Source: Octopus bimaculoides (Eukaryota). From it: DNA of 64,000 bases. The notes below the pieces were generated by a model. That model did not search any database. It was not told the DNA's origin and was given only the letters and a program-made list of their open reading frames with translations. The stretch is taken from NCBI RefSeq assembly GCF_001194135.2, contig NC_068983.1, forward strand, positions 107,843,490 to 107,907,489, read 5' to 3'. Position numbers and translations under genes: made by a program. Each line of letters begins with the position of its first letter. The stretch's first letter is position 1. Below are positions 50,379-63,757 of this stretch, piece after piece.

Positions 50379-51370
50379 AAGCTTAGCAACATTTTGTCTG
50401 TCTGTATGTTCTGAGTTCAAATTCTGCCGAGGTTGACTTTAATTTTCATCCTATTGGGGTTGATAAAATTACCAGTTGAATACTTGCTGGCCTTGTGCCA
50501 AAATTTTAAAAGAATGCCACAAGCTATAGAATTGTTAGCATGCCGGGTGAAAAAATGCCTAGCAGCATTTCACCTGTCTTTATGTTCTGAGTTGCAATTT
50601 CGCTGAAGTCAACTTTACCTTTTATCCTTTTGGGGTAATTAAAATAAGCAACAGTCAAGTACTGGGGTTGATGTAATTGACTTATCCTCTCCCCTGAAGT
50701 TGCTGGCATTGTACCAAAATTTGAAATCATTATTATTAGTATTTACCTCACCAGACAAAATGCTTAGTGGTATTTCTTCTGTCTTTACATTTTGAGTTCA
50801 AATTCCACTGACATTGACTTTACCTTTCATCCTTTTGGGGGGTCAATAAATTACGTACCAGGTAGCAGTTGAGTACTGGGGTGGATGTTATTATTAAGGC
50901 AGTGAGTACTGGGGCTGATATTATTATTAAGCTGTTAGCACATTAAGCAAAATGCTTAGCGGCATTCTGTCTGTCTTTACATTCTGAGTTCAAATTCTGC
51001 CGAAATCGACTTTGACTTTCATTCTTTCGGGGTTGATGAATTAAGTACCAGTGAAACACTGGGGTTGATGTAATCGGCTAGTCCTCTACCCCTAAATTTC
51101 AGGCCTTGTACCTTCAGTAGAAAGGATTACTATTATTGTTATTATTAAGCTGTCAGAACTGTTAGCATGCTGGACAAAATGCTTAGCAGCATTTCATCCA
51201 TCTTTATGACCCAAGTTCAAATTCTGCAGAAATTTGACTTTGCCTTTTCTCCTTTCAGTGTCAATGAAACGATACCATTTGTGCACTGGAATTGATGTAA
51301 TCGACTAGCCTATTCCCCTAAAAATTTTCAGGCCTTGTGACTATAATAGAAAGGATTATTATTATTATTA
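50379..51370 (+). repeat. Head-to-tail array of five ~140-220-bp SINE copies separated by (ATT)n
   Basis: Recurring aaaatgcttagc..catttc...tctgagttcaaatt...gactttg.ctttcatcc...gatgtaat.gact units starting near 50379, 50516, 50751, 50931 and 51150. Confidence 0.8.
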
Positions 51371-51559
51371 GTTGTAGTAGTAAAGAAAGCATTAACTACA
51401 CTTATACAAAAGCTATAACATTTTAATTTAATTGTCAGGGAAGTTATCTGGAAGATTGGTGACGATTTTTCTTAATTTCAAGAATCTTTCTTGCAGAGTA
51501 GATTACATTTTTCTACAGAACAACAGTACATACCTTAATTCTAATAGCCTTCAGTGCCA

Positions 51560-52190
51560 CAAATAGCAGTTCCAGCATTGTGCTGAGTACTAATTCCCAC
51601 AGCAAAAATTTTCCATGCTTACACTCCACTATCTCTTCATCTTTTAGGCTAAGTCCTAATATCACTTAATTTTCTCACTTTCACAATTCACTCTATTATC
51701 ATACATGACTGCAAAGTCAATGATCTTACACTGTTTACTCTTTCTGTCTACAATAATCATATTTGGTTTCTTTGCTCTAATAGAATGATCAGTCTCTGTA
51801 GAGAAAGTCCATAATATCCTATAATTATTACTCACTATGACTGCCTTTGGACTCACCCTCTTACCTCTTTCCAATCACTTGAAATTTACAAATTTGGTTC
51901 GATAACTCAAAACACTCTATTACTGACACAATTATGCCTCCATTTATACTCTTTTTGTGCTCACTTACTGCATTCAATTTAAAGATGTGAATGCTTTCAT
52001 CCCCTTTTCCACATGCTCTTGTTGTCTGACTGACTTTTATCAATCTTTGTATCAAATTTATTCTAATGACTTGTTCCTGAGCAGCTATAATTAGTAATTC
52101 AGTTTCCCATTTCAAATTTCCATCTCTCAGCCATAACAAGCACTTTTCAGTTTCAGCTGCTTTGGTTTGATGCATGAACTGGACTTAAAA
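51560..52190 (-). mobile_element. RLE-type non-LTR retrotransposon 3' fragment (R4/Dong-like)
   Basis: ETELLIIAAQEQVIR, remnant C..C...ESI.H zinc knuckle, and ILWTFSTETDHSIRAKKPNMIIVD...CKIIDFAV.YD.RV..ESEK (PD..D-x-K restriction-like endonuclease). Confidence 0.75.
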
Positions 52191-52592
52191 GTTCTTCCTT
52201 TTTTCAAGCTATTTGCTCTGCTGTTCTTGTGACTATTCTTTCACTGTTTCAGTAACTTTTCATGTTTCAAGTTATAGATGATAGACTTTCCTCACTATGC
52301 ACAACAAAGCTTTTTCTACCCAATATAGGTGTGATCATGTCTTCTACATTTGACACACCTCTGCCTCATGTTTTTAGTAAGTAGAACCTGGTGATATTAC
52401 TTTTAGGGTGGTGTGTGCTATGCCTTGTGGGCAGCTTCTTAGTTCTTCTACCTTATTTCTGTAACCCTTTGTCCATTTGGAAAAAAGAAGCAGAATATCT
52501 CAACATGAGCATGGCCTGTGTAGTGACTACTTTGATGATTATCATCTTCAGTTGGTTTTGATTTAAGATCTTTCCAACTATTGTAATCCTTT

Positions 52593-52912
52593 CAGTGGTT
52601 CTCAACCAGGGTCCATATAAGATTTTTGGGGGTCCACACAACAAAATAGTAAATTGGGGGATCCACAACAGTATTTCAAGGGCCCCAGAAAATTTTTTTG
52701 TTTTAGATGTACATGTTGGTATGTATTGCAAGAAACAAATAGATTTCATTCTCTAACATTTTACATAGTTCAACCTACACAGATTTGTGTGTTAAAACAT
52801 TAATAAATAGCATTCCATAAAACTAGTTTTTAAACATTGAATGGCAATAGGGGTCCACCAGAATAAAATAGCAATCAAAGGGGGCCATAGATTAAATGGT
52901 TGAGAACCCTTG
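52593..52912. mobile_element. hAT MITE, second copy
   Basis: TIRs CAGTGGTTCTCAACC / GGTTGAGAACCCTTG; body matches 1865-2203; TSD not recognisable. Confidence 0.8.
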
Positions 52913-53559
52913 CTTTAGAGACTTTCAGGTTTTTGCACTCACGATCGTGAGATCATGGTTTCAACTCCTGGACTGGGTGGTGTGTTGTGATCTTGAGCAG
53001 AACAACTCATCTCAAGTTGCTCTGTGATCACTTCAACACCTGACACATAGTACACAATGCTCCTGTTGAGGCAACATCAAGTTGATGGAAGGAGTGAGCT
53101 AATGTACATGCATTTGATCACTATCAAAAAAAAAAAAAAAATCATTTGTGCAGGTCATATGATAACAGCTGAATACTCATATGTCATCTTTTATGGAAGA
53201 GTCTATCATTTTGTTAAACCTTACTTGAAACTGAATAGATCATTTCTAAGATCCAAATTAGAAAACAATAATGTTTTCTGTATTCCTAATTAATTACCAA
53301 GAAAAGTATACCAATTAAATACATTCTCAATACTTGTTGCATTTTGATGACCCATCTGATTTTAAAACAAAAAATTCCTGCAAAATATTATAATTCAATG
53401 CTCAACAGTTTCTTAGTTTTGATCACAAAATATAAATAAAGATGGCTACAAATATTTTAAAGAAACACTAGACATTTAGTTTCAAATGTATGAGCCAAAG
53501 AATTTTGACCTGTACAAATAAAAGAGGAGTCTCTACTCATGCTATTTTTGTTATATTTG

Positions 53560-53760
53560 TATTGTGATATTTTGAAGCTGCAGTATAAATAGTAGACGGG
53601 TCTATGAAGGCTGGCTGAGAAGTTAAGAAAGTCACGTTATAATCATGAGAGTTTAGGTTCAATTCCACTGTGTATCGTCTTGGCCAAATGTCTTTCACTG
53701 TAGTCTTGAGATGACCAAAGTCTTGTGAGTGAAAACTGGGTAATGAAATTATGTGAAAGA
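53560..53760 (+). mobile_element. Degenerate OR2-like SINE 5' part
   Basis: ggttcaattccactgtgtatcgtcttggccaaatgtcttt...gaccaaagtcttgtgagtg. Confidence 0.6.
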
Positions 53761-54576
53761 CCATCAGATTGACTACACCTCTAATTCAAACGATCATCCT
53801 TCTTACATTATTATGTCGATTATCTGAGAATTTTGTTAAAGGCACATATGTCTGTGGAGTATTCAGCAGATTGTATGCTAGCTTTTGAGTAGGCATTTTA
53901 CTTGATTGAACAACTGGAGTACTATTTGTGATCAAAATCAACAGAGAGCAATTTTATAAAATAGAACAGATGAACTAAAATGCAATTTAAATGCACACAA
54001 AAATATAGCAAGTTGTTGGGACAGAAATTTATTGTGAAGGCAAAGATATTCAAAAGGAAGCAATACACAATGAGGAAAACTAGTGATTATCAGCAAAGTC
54101 ATATCATTTCATATATTTTATAATACCTGATTATAATTGTAATTCCTAATATCAATATACATTTGTAAGTATAAAAGTGTTAATAGGGACAAAATATTAT
54201 TTCTTGAGCAGTAAGAATAAAAAGAAAGACAAGTTTGATTTATTTCCTGTAGTAATCAAGCTATTCACATTCAAGTAGTATACTTTGATATATTATGGGT
54301 TCAATAAGCATTACCCTTTGTTTAAACTGTTATAGCTGTAAAATGCTTTTATTGTAAAATGGTTATTGATCAGATTGCTATTGCTAATTTTGCATGATTA
54401 AAGGAGGTCTTTAGATTTATGACAATTAATAATAAACAGCTTTCTATCCTGGTTGTGTTTTCAGTAAATTACATGGATGTAATAACAGAGTAACAACTAA
54501 ATTGCAAATTTTGATAATATTTAAATTATAAGGTGACAAAAATAAATACTTTGACAAATGCAGAAACTAAACTTAC

Positions 54577-55522
54577 CTGATTTTGTCTGACTCCTTCCAG
54601 AACTGCATTGAAATCTGCAATCTCCCAGTCTACGAATTTCTTGATAAAAACTAAGTGTCTATTTAGATAATCCGCATAATTGATCAGTGTGTTGTCTGAC
54701 ATTAGTAAGTGGTCCTTCAGCTGAGATGCACCCAGGTGTCTGTCTAAGAACAGCTTGATGTTGTCTGCAGTAAGAATTGCGTCTGCTGCTGCCAGAAATA
54801 TCCCCAAGAAAAATACAACAAGAGCAAACAGGATTAGCTTTAAAAATAGCTTTGATCCTAAAATACGCAGAATTAATCTGCATAGTTGTATAAAATATTG
54901 AACAAAGCAAAAGTCTTTCAATCGCTCTCGTTTCAACTTAGGTTCTTGTCGACGTCGGTGATTCCAAATCTCTCTTAGAATGTCTTCTTTAGATTTGGTT
55001 GGTGCTTGAGCAAAGTAGAGTTCACTGGCAGACCAAATATCTTCCTTGTTATCTTGATAATAACTGTATGGATGCTCCAGGGGATTATATGGGCGTGGTG
55101 CTGATCTACCTGTTTGTATTGCATAAACCTTGCTTGACACTGTGTCCATTGGCAGCTTCTGCACATAGCCACATCTAATTTGTGACAGCATACATTTCAT
55201 CCATTTGAAACGATAAAATAATAACAATGCATCTAAAATAATAAAAATCGCTACCAACACTGAGAAAAACGTTTTACTGCCACCAGAAGAAATTTCCCTC
55301 TTTTCTTCATATTGTATATCTTGGTAGTAGTCTCTATTGCTGGTGTCTTCATAGCTAAAGGCATGAGATAATAAGTAACGAAAGACGTGCCTAGTTTTTG
55401 ACAGCTCCCACGTCCTTTCTTCAAGTTCAGTATGAAGCCGGATCCAAACAGATTTAATATTTCGTCCTGGATTAGTAGCCAAAATATCATTACCAGGAAA
55501 TATAGGTTTGGATTCAACCATC
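54577..55522 (-). CDS. Exon 3 (946 nt) of pentaspan membrane protein: TM3, cytoplasmic loop, TM4
   Basis: Lies within the 337-aa ORF. Acceptor ttttcctctttcag|G (phase 2; CA+G=Gln), donor AATCAG|GTAAGT (phase 0). TMs TFFSVLVAIFIILDALLLFY and LFLKLILFALVVFFLGIFLAAA. Confidence 0.92.
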
Positions 55523-55929
55523 CTGAAAGAGGAAAACAATGCATATCAGAACATAAGAATGTAAGTGTTAGAAGACATGAATCAAATTATTTAATGTTAC
55601 TGCAGTTCATTAAGGTAAACCCTGTTGGATAGTTTTGGTTATGAGTTTATATTTTACATCAAACATTTTATTGCATCCTTGCAATTACTTAATTTTACAG
55701 TTATAGTTCAATTGCTTAGTTTTCTACTACAAAATACATTTTTATCGAGAGGATTTTTCATCACCTTACAAATACAGGAGTTTAATCTCAATGGCATATA
55801 ACTCTAACAAAAGTACCTTTTATCATGAACAGCGTAGCATTTTGATGATTAAAGAGGAAAGAGTTTGAATAAAACTAATTATTTTTTTAAAAACCCAGAA
55901 CATTTATCCATCTTCTCCACCTACTATTC

Positions 55930-56330
55930 CTGGGAGGGTTAGGGGTGGTACAGTCCACAGGTACCTCCTCCACAAGGTCCTATCATCATTAGACTTTCCA
56001 GCTAGATTCCCAAGTATAACAAATTGAGACTATAGATGTTATCCAGTCATCGCCATGATCTACTTGTAGGTCTCCTACCAGTTGGCTTAGCTTGAAGAAT
56101 CCATCTTGTGATTTTTTCCTGTACCATTTTAATCACTTCTATAGCACTAGAACTGTCACCTCTGAATGTAGAGAAGTAGTGGCTCAACCTGGAGAGACTC
56201 CTGGATCTCCAAGCTACACACCCTGTTGAGTATCATTACTCTAGAGTATGGACGCACAACCTTTTTTGTCCAAATGGCCAAATCATGAATTCAATCACTC
56301 AAAGCAGGCTGCAAAGTATATCATATAATT
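55930..56330 (-). mobile_element. Decayed RTE-like LINE 3' end
   Basis: Reverse frame contains KITRWILQAKPTGRRPTSRSW..LDNI, like RTE C-terminal G.R.RGRP..RW.D.I. Confidence 0.55.
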
Positions 56331-57366
56331 TGGATGATCAAGAAACATACAAAAACAGTAGTATAGAAAAGGTTCATAAAGACATGAAGGAAACATAATG
56401 ATAAAAGTTAATAGATAGATACTGTTATGTGTGTATTCAGTGTGTGATTGTGGTACAAGCAGTTTGCTATGTTAATTTTCAGCAATTTGTGAAAATAAGA
56501 AAGTCTTTGCAAAATGGTTTCGTGAGTTGCACAAAATGCCTTCATTGGCCACAGGTTGTGCATCGCTGTTCTAGGGTTCTCTCAGAACTCCATTTCAGCC
56601 ACTTGTGTTTCCAGTCATACATTTTCAGTCACTATCCAATATTCCTGACCATAGGTGAAACATTTATGAATGAAAATAATTATTTTAGAGTTGAGGGAAA
56701 CAAATTATATTGTCAGTAAATTAAAACCCTTGACTAAATTTTTCAAAGAGTTTTTGAGTAGATCTAATACAAAACAGATTTCATCTTGAATACAACTTTA
56801 AACAAATCTACAGTTTCTGTGGTTTTTAATGCTTTTTGTTCTTTCAGTTCATCTACTGATTATTTTTCTTTTATAAGTGTTAGAATATATGAATCAAATT
56901 CTTTAATATTTCTGCAATTTATTAAGGTACAAACTTATTATATATTTGGTCACGAGTTCTTATTTTTCAACATACATTTTATTTTATGCTTGTTAATGCT
57001 AGTTAATTTTGCAAGAGCATTTCTTTGAATGGTTAGGTTACTTTAAGATATTACGACTTATACCAAATATCCTAGTTTAGAAAGATATAATACTGTAAGT
57101 GAAAATTTTTTTCTTAGAAACTAGTGCTGTACCTGTCAAAAATGTTGGGGTTTATTGCTTTCATCCTTTTGTTTCTCTTTATGTTTCTTGCTATCTTGTA
57201 GCACTTTTCTCAAAATTACATTAAACATACCAACATAAGGATTCTTATTGGTTCAAAACATGTACAATTGTTTAACCCAAGGTTATGCTTGGCAGGGCAG
57301 ACCTATGATAAGAGCCTTTCATCTGTAACCATCTGTTTTATATACAGTTGTTGCATAGCCCTAGTG

Positions 57367-57730
57367 GAGGTGCAATGGCCCAGTGGGTAGGGCAGTGGAC
57401 TCGCGGTTTCGATTCCCAGACTGGGCGTTGTGAGTGTTTATTGAGTGAAAACACCTAAAGCTCCACAAGGTTCCAGCAGGGGATGGTGGTGAACCCTGCT
57501 GTACTCTTTCACCACAACTTTCTCTCACTCTTACTTCCTGTTTCTGTTGTGCCTGTAATTCAAAGGGTCGGCCTTGTCACACTGTGTCATGCTGAATATC
57601 CCCGAGAACTACATTAAGGGTACACGTGTCTGTGGAGTGCTCAGCCACATGCACGTTAATTTCATGAGCAGGCTGTTCCATTGATCGGATCAACTGGAAC
57701 CCTCGACGTCATAAGCGACGGAGTGCCAAC
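57367..57730 (+). mobile_element. Well-preserved tRNA-derived SINE with conserved central domain
   Basis: A box TGGCCCAGTGG, B-box-like TTCGATTCC; domain ggtacacgtgtctgtggagtgctcagccacatgcacgttaatttc shared with 2885-3200 (reverse) and ~53820-53940. Confidence 0.8.
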
Positions 57731-57789
57731 CACCATAGCCCTAGGTTGTCCCAGTGGTGACCATTCTGTCTGTTTGTATATGTGGTATG

Positions 57790-58210
57790 GCTATAGGTTT
57801 AGGCATGGCTGTTTGGTTAAGAAGATTTCTTCTGAGTTACATGGTTTCAGTTTCAATCCAACTACATATCACCTTGGACAGGTGTCTTTTACTGCAGCCC
57901 TGGGCTGATCAAAGCCTTGTGAATGGATTTGGTAGATGGAAACTGAAAGAAGTTTGTTGTGAATGTGTGTATGTTTTTGTGTCTCCTTGTATCAACATCT
58001 TTATAGTTGTAAATGAGTGTCATTATCATCTATTTACAATACTCTGCAAGAACATGTCTGGTCATGGAAAAAATATTACCTTACTTGGATGCAGATAAGG
58101 GTTGATGACTGGAATAGTATCCAGCCATGGACAATCTGCTTCAATAAACTCTATCTGATCCATGAAAAGATGGAAAATGTATATCAAAAATGATAATGAT
58201 GATGATGATC
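57790..58210 (+). mobile_element. Degenerate CORE-type SINE with RTE-like tail
   Basis: accttggacaggtgtctttt...caaagccttgtgaatggatttgg...catccagcc-like...gatgatgat. Confidence 0.65.
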
Positions 58211-58833
58211 TCCATTGTTCTATATAATCTTTTCTAACAGAGTGGAAATTGACCAGTGGAGGTTGCTGTATGTCATTTGTAATATAGAATGTGAAGAAAA
58301 CGTGAAAAATGAGACTGTTGCATATCAGAATCAACCTCTTGCCTCTTCTTTCTTTATCTACTACTCCATGCTTCTTTTATCCCCCTTTTACTCTCAGTAC
58401 AACCACAAATGTTCTTCAATGTAGTTATAAAACTGGAAGTGTTATCAGCGAGGATGGATTTTGGGAAATAATCGACATCGATTCCATGAAATCACAGCCA
58501 AGAATAAAGCACACACACACAAAATAAATAAATTCCTTTAATTAAGAAAGGATAGTGATCGGCAAACTGTAAGCAAATGTTTTCTTTTGTTAGGAAAAGT
58601 CAGTAATTCTACATACATATACATATAAACTATTTCAAACATTCTATTTCCACTACCTTCCCAATTTAAAACCAATGAGAATGCGTTTCATTTATTACTG
58701 GCAAAGAGTGTGTTAATGTGTTTAAGATATCATTAATGATTTAATAGACAAAGCCTTAGTTTAGCAATAGTTCAATAAGTATTTACAGTTGTTATTAAAT
58801 CATTATATTTGTATCTGAAAATTAAATACTTAC

Positions 58834-59989
58834 TGCTTCATAATAATATCATGCACTTGACTCACTTCAAAAACTTTGTCTACTTCTAACCAGTTGAGAT
58901 ATTCCAGCAGTGAATTTTCTGATTCGAATACATCATTTATAGAACCATGACGTTCAAATATTTTCTTTGGAAATTCCAACCATTGGTTGTGAACTAATTT
59001 CTTAAGGAAGTTGATGTACTTTGAACGAAAGCTCAGAAGCTGATTATATAACGTATGGTTAGTCTGGCAGATAAATTCATTTAATTCAGATTCAAATTTA
59101 AATTGTTTTGACATAAACAAGTCATGCACAGACTTTTTCAGCAATCCATTGTCTCTATAAACACTTCTCAAGACCATTCTTGTGGAAGAGTGCATTCCTT
59201 GTAGAATGTGGGTGACTTCAGTGTCAAGATGAGATTGACATGATATCTGTCTCTGTTTTATCAAGTCCAACATTCGCATTGTCTCAAATTTCTCATGTGC
59301 TTTAATTTCTTCTAAACATCTGTTTACACTCTGTCGCACATGATAACTCATTTCGGTAGTGTTCTGTAATGAGATGACAGATGGACCGATGATGACATAG
59401 AACAAACCCAACGTAACTGACAATGTAAAGAAGAATGAATACATTAAATAAATGACTATAAATAGAAAAACTAATCCTCTGGAAGTTTCAGTGGGGGGTC
59501 TTGGAATAATTTCCAGAGGTCGCTCTTGCTCAGGACTGCTGAGAAGTGAAGACCGGCGCTCGTCTTGTGCTGGTGATGGAGGTGGTAGTGATGGTATAGT
59601 TCGACGACCAACATTGTAAATTAATAAACCAGCTAAGGTACATAACATCATTGTACCTAGAATACTGGCAGATACAAGAATTGCAATAACTGGTTTCCAA
59701 GGTGAAATTCTAACTGTGCTATGTTTTTTGAGTCTATATGAATTTGATGAGGGTTTCATATAGTCTTTATTGATTTCGTGAGTGGTCAAATGGAGGCGAT
59801 GAGTACTTTCGATGTCACTGAGCATCACAGTTAAAATTGATGGCTGCTTGTTACCCCATTCAGTAAGAACTGCAGATATCTGAAAAGTGGTTGGGCAATT
59901 GATGAACATATCATAGCTTCCGTAGCAGATGCGATGCTCACTATCATAAACTTTCATTCTTAAATAGCCAGGGCAAGAGTAAAGAACCC
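58834..59989 (-). CDS. Exon 2 (1156 nt) of pentaspan membrane protein: TM1, Pro-rich cytoplasmic loop, TM2, start of large extracellular loop
   Basis: Lies within the 424-aa ORF. Acceptor ttttttcag|G at 59990 (phase 1), donor AAGCA|GTAAGT at 58833 (phase 2). Hydrophobic runs PVIAILVSASILGTMMLCTLAGLLIY and GLVFLFIVIYLMYSFFFTLSVTLGLFYVII. Confidence 0.92.
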
Positions 59990-62599
59990 CTGAAAAAAAG
60001 GAAAATAATTCAGTAAAAATACAAAAAATACTTAAACATTCAATGATTAATTTCATTGATATCTTAATAGAACATAAGAAAGATGTAGTTGTGACATTCA
60101 TCAATTAACCATAATACTGCTTGTAACAGTTTGTGTTTGCACATAACACTTCTAAGTGAAAGAGAGTGAGTGGTAACATAGAAGAGTTTTGCTCTGCAAA
60201 AATAAAAGGGTTTTCCTTAAAATAATAAAAAAAAAAAATAAAAAGTGTGACAATAATTTTCCTGAACAGCATGTGAAAGTTATATTTAAACTTTTTTTAA
60301 AATTTTAATTCAAAGGATAAATGGATCAATATATTTGAATATTACAACAATTTATGAACAAGTCTAATAACTGTTCAAATAACATCATTAGGAAAGGCAG
60401 AATACCAGATAAACTCAATTAAATAAGAATCTAATTATTTTGAGCTGAATATAAGTTACTCATTTATTTCTTATTTTTCCACAATTCCACAGGGATTCAA
60501 AATGCTTTCATATGCTTTACAGTATCCAACTGGCATTCTACTGTTGACTATTTACTTAACTGTCACTATTGAATATCTTATTTTTTCATAATTTCATTAT
60601 CTATGAAAACACTCATTCCTGAATTATTTCATTTTCTAGAAAAACCCTTTCACTTAATTTTGACATGTTAGATATATTTTTTATAATTAGATAGAGCACT
60701 AGAAAAGAAGTACCAAAATCTTTATTACAGTGAAACAATGTTGTAAAAAATCTCTAAATGTATAACAAAATAGAAAAAAAATTCTTAAATCATGGATTGA
60801 TAAATACTTACAAGATAATATGAGTGTAGATAAGATTATCCTACCTATGATAAGGTGTTACCTACTTTTCAGGCTATAAAATTTCTTTTATAGACACATA
60901 CATTTAGTGCTACCCTATCTAAAGTCTTTTTAAAAAAACCATATTAGCAAACTCAAAATTTTACATATGAATAACAGAGAAATATAACAAACTGGCTAGT
61001 TCAAACTGGAAATGGAGTTACCTTCTGAAGGTAACAAGTCATTAACTGACAATGATGTGGATGTACCCCAAAATAAGTGTTGAAGGATCATAGATAACTA
61101 TATATTTGCTAACATAACAAAGAAGATATGATTCTCTCATCAAAAATACAGATTGCCAAGCAATGAATGAAATATTATTATTCCTTGTAGGTAATACTTA
61201 AAAATATTTCATGTCTGGTAAATAAGTGGTAACCGATTGAACCTGAACCTTGACATAATGAACTTCTGAACCCTTTTATTCCCTCTGGAATATCTGCATA
61301 TGTTCTAAATTTGGAAACTGGGACAGCTGCATCAAAACTGTGTTGAAGGATCAATAATAAATGGTACCTAAACTGGGTAACAATCTTTCATATAAAGAAT
61401 TAGAAAAGTACCAAGTGATCAAGATGTATTATTTAAAATGGAAAGGATACAAGTTCCACTGTGTTTAATATACTCTATGACTACATATAAAGTACAAGAT
61501 TAGACTTTCAGTACATTAACAAAATATTCACTGTAGCATGTGTTCAGCCAGAGAAAATTTTATGTTTTGTAATCGAAAGCTTGAAACACATTGAATATTA
61601 GAGGTAAAGGTAAGTAGAGCAACAAAGAGAGAAATAATGAGGAAAGACTGTTGTGAAAAGCATTGTGTATAGTGGTTCTCAATTACATATTGTATATAAT
61701 AAAGAAATGAAATTTTACATTATTATACTCTTACTAAAATTTTAAGTTACCCAACTATTTCTTCATAAGCTCAAATATCTTTAACATGATGAAATAATGA
61801 TAGGAAGATTAATAAATTTATGCACCAGAATAAAAGGTTATGTAAAAAATGTGGAATTTTCATCAATCCCACAAGTATTAGAGTAATATCAAATATATTA
61901 GATTCAAACATCCATTCCTGTTCATGGGTAAAATGTATTAAATGAAAAACTAAACTCTCTTATTGACCAATGATGATATTTTTGTTGTGTTCCTGAAATT
62001 AAATGTGGCAAGAAACCACAATGATGATTAACAATAAAAATAGGTCTAAATATCTGATATTTAGAAAAATATTGTATGTTATAGAAAATTTTAAATTCCT
62101 AAATTTCATTAATTTTCAAAAATTATAAAATATTCGTGAATGTTAATCCAATAAAAAAAGAATCCAAAAAAAGATTTTCCAATCAAAGAATGAAGTAGAT
62201 TCTATTGCATAATGATAATTTTTTATACTTCTAGTTTGATAATTTCAGATTATGACTACGTATCACAGTGAATATTTATTGCTTATGTAATACAACTACA
62301 GCTCCCTGTCTTTACTAGAGTGACAGTTAGTACATCAATTAGTAAACCAAACAACTTGAGCGTTATGATTTCAAAACAAAAATGACAAGAAAATGAGTGT
62401 AAAATTATAGTTAGGTTTTTGATGTTGTTGAGACACTTATACATTGCAATATACAACCTGTTACTTAATTAGAAAACAAAAAAAAAATGTTTATGAACCA
62501 GTCACTAAGTAAAATAAGAAAAAAGCAAAACAAAAGAAAACTATTTCAAAATTTAGGAACACTGATTTTAATTCAAACAAAAAAGAAAATATTTGTTTT

Positions 62600-62990
62600 T
62601 CGAAAGGATAGATAAGGAAAACGTCCATCAAGGCTGTCAGTCTATAGTCTGGAAATTTACTGTGAACCTTACAGTGTCTCAGATCTTGATCATCTGTCCC
62701 ACACTTTACATTAACCTTCTCTTGGTCACTAGTCATTCTCTTAAATGCCTGCTTAACTTTCAGCTTACACTTACTTCATGTGCTGTAATAATACCTTTCA
62801 TGAAGTCAGAACCTCTTTCATGAACCAAATCTATGATATCCAACAAGTGAAACTTGTTGACAAGAGTTTTATTCTGAGGCACCAACATATATCAGACGTG
62901 TTTCACCCCTGTCATATTTATTTTACTATAACTACCTCTATTCCTTTGAACTTTTCATCACAAAACCTACTGAAACATTTCTAGACATTT
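62600..62990 (-). mobile_element. Highly decayed mariner transposase remnant
   Basis: Frameshifted pieces NVSVGFV, LVPQNKTL and HERGSDFMKGIITAHE occur in the order expected for mariner (NISVGSV; LVPK.LT; EGDDFL..IITGDE). Confidence 0.4.
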
Positions 62991-63757
62991 ATATAATAAA
63001 CACTTTAATAAACATAATACATTTTACCTTTAACTATATTTCTACACACAACCCTTTTCCCCTCTTTTGCATTACTACAACAGGAGAGCTTGAAAATGTA
63101 GGTAGGCACATTAATTTAAATAATGAAATTCTTTTCAATAACAGAAACTAATATTCAATTAATATTGGTTTCTAATATTGACATAAAGTCTCAAAATTTT
63201 GGTAAAATTAAAGTAAATATACAACCTCTAAAACTTTAGAGGTTCTTATTAACCACTGGGAGGATAAAAAGCAAAATATCATCCTGTGGGATTTGAATTC
63301 AAAATGTAAATGGATATAACTAAATACTTCAAGGCATTTTGTTCATTACTCTACCTATATTACTAATCTTCAAATTACCAAGTAATTTTAGGGTGGGGAA
63401 TAGAATAGAGAGTCAGGACAGTAAGTGTGGAAAGTTAGGAAGTAAAATGTACAGCAAATTACCTTTGATTTTCATCATCCAATTTTTTAAGACTGGTTGC
63501 CAGAACAACTTTACTTCAAGGCTACTGCTATTCAACAAGGCATTAGGAAAATCATGTTGATAATGCTTTAATATTGAGCTGTTTGCTATAAAGAGAGAGT
63601 AAGAACAATGTATGAGTGTTTATTCTACTTGGTTCATTGCTTAAATGTAAAATTCAAATAGTACATTACAATATAAATATATAATTCCATACAAATTAAA
63701 GCAAATGTTTAAGTATCAGTAATTTAAAAATTAAATCAACTAAAATATTTTACTTAC

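Noticed and set aside
59990-60104. Apparent N-terminus (MMNVTTTS...) of the 424-aa ORF; likewise the start of the 337-aa ORF at 55539
   Set aside because: Both lie upstream of strong phase-matched acceptors and are intronic read-through.
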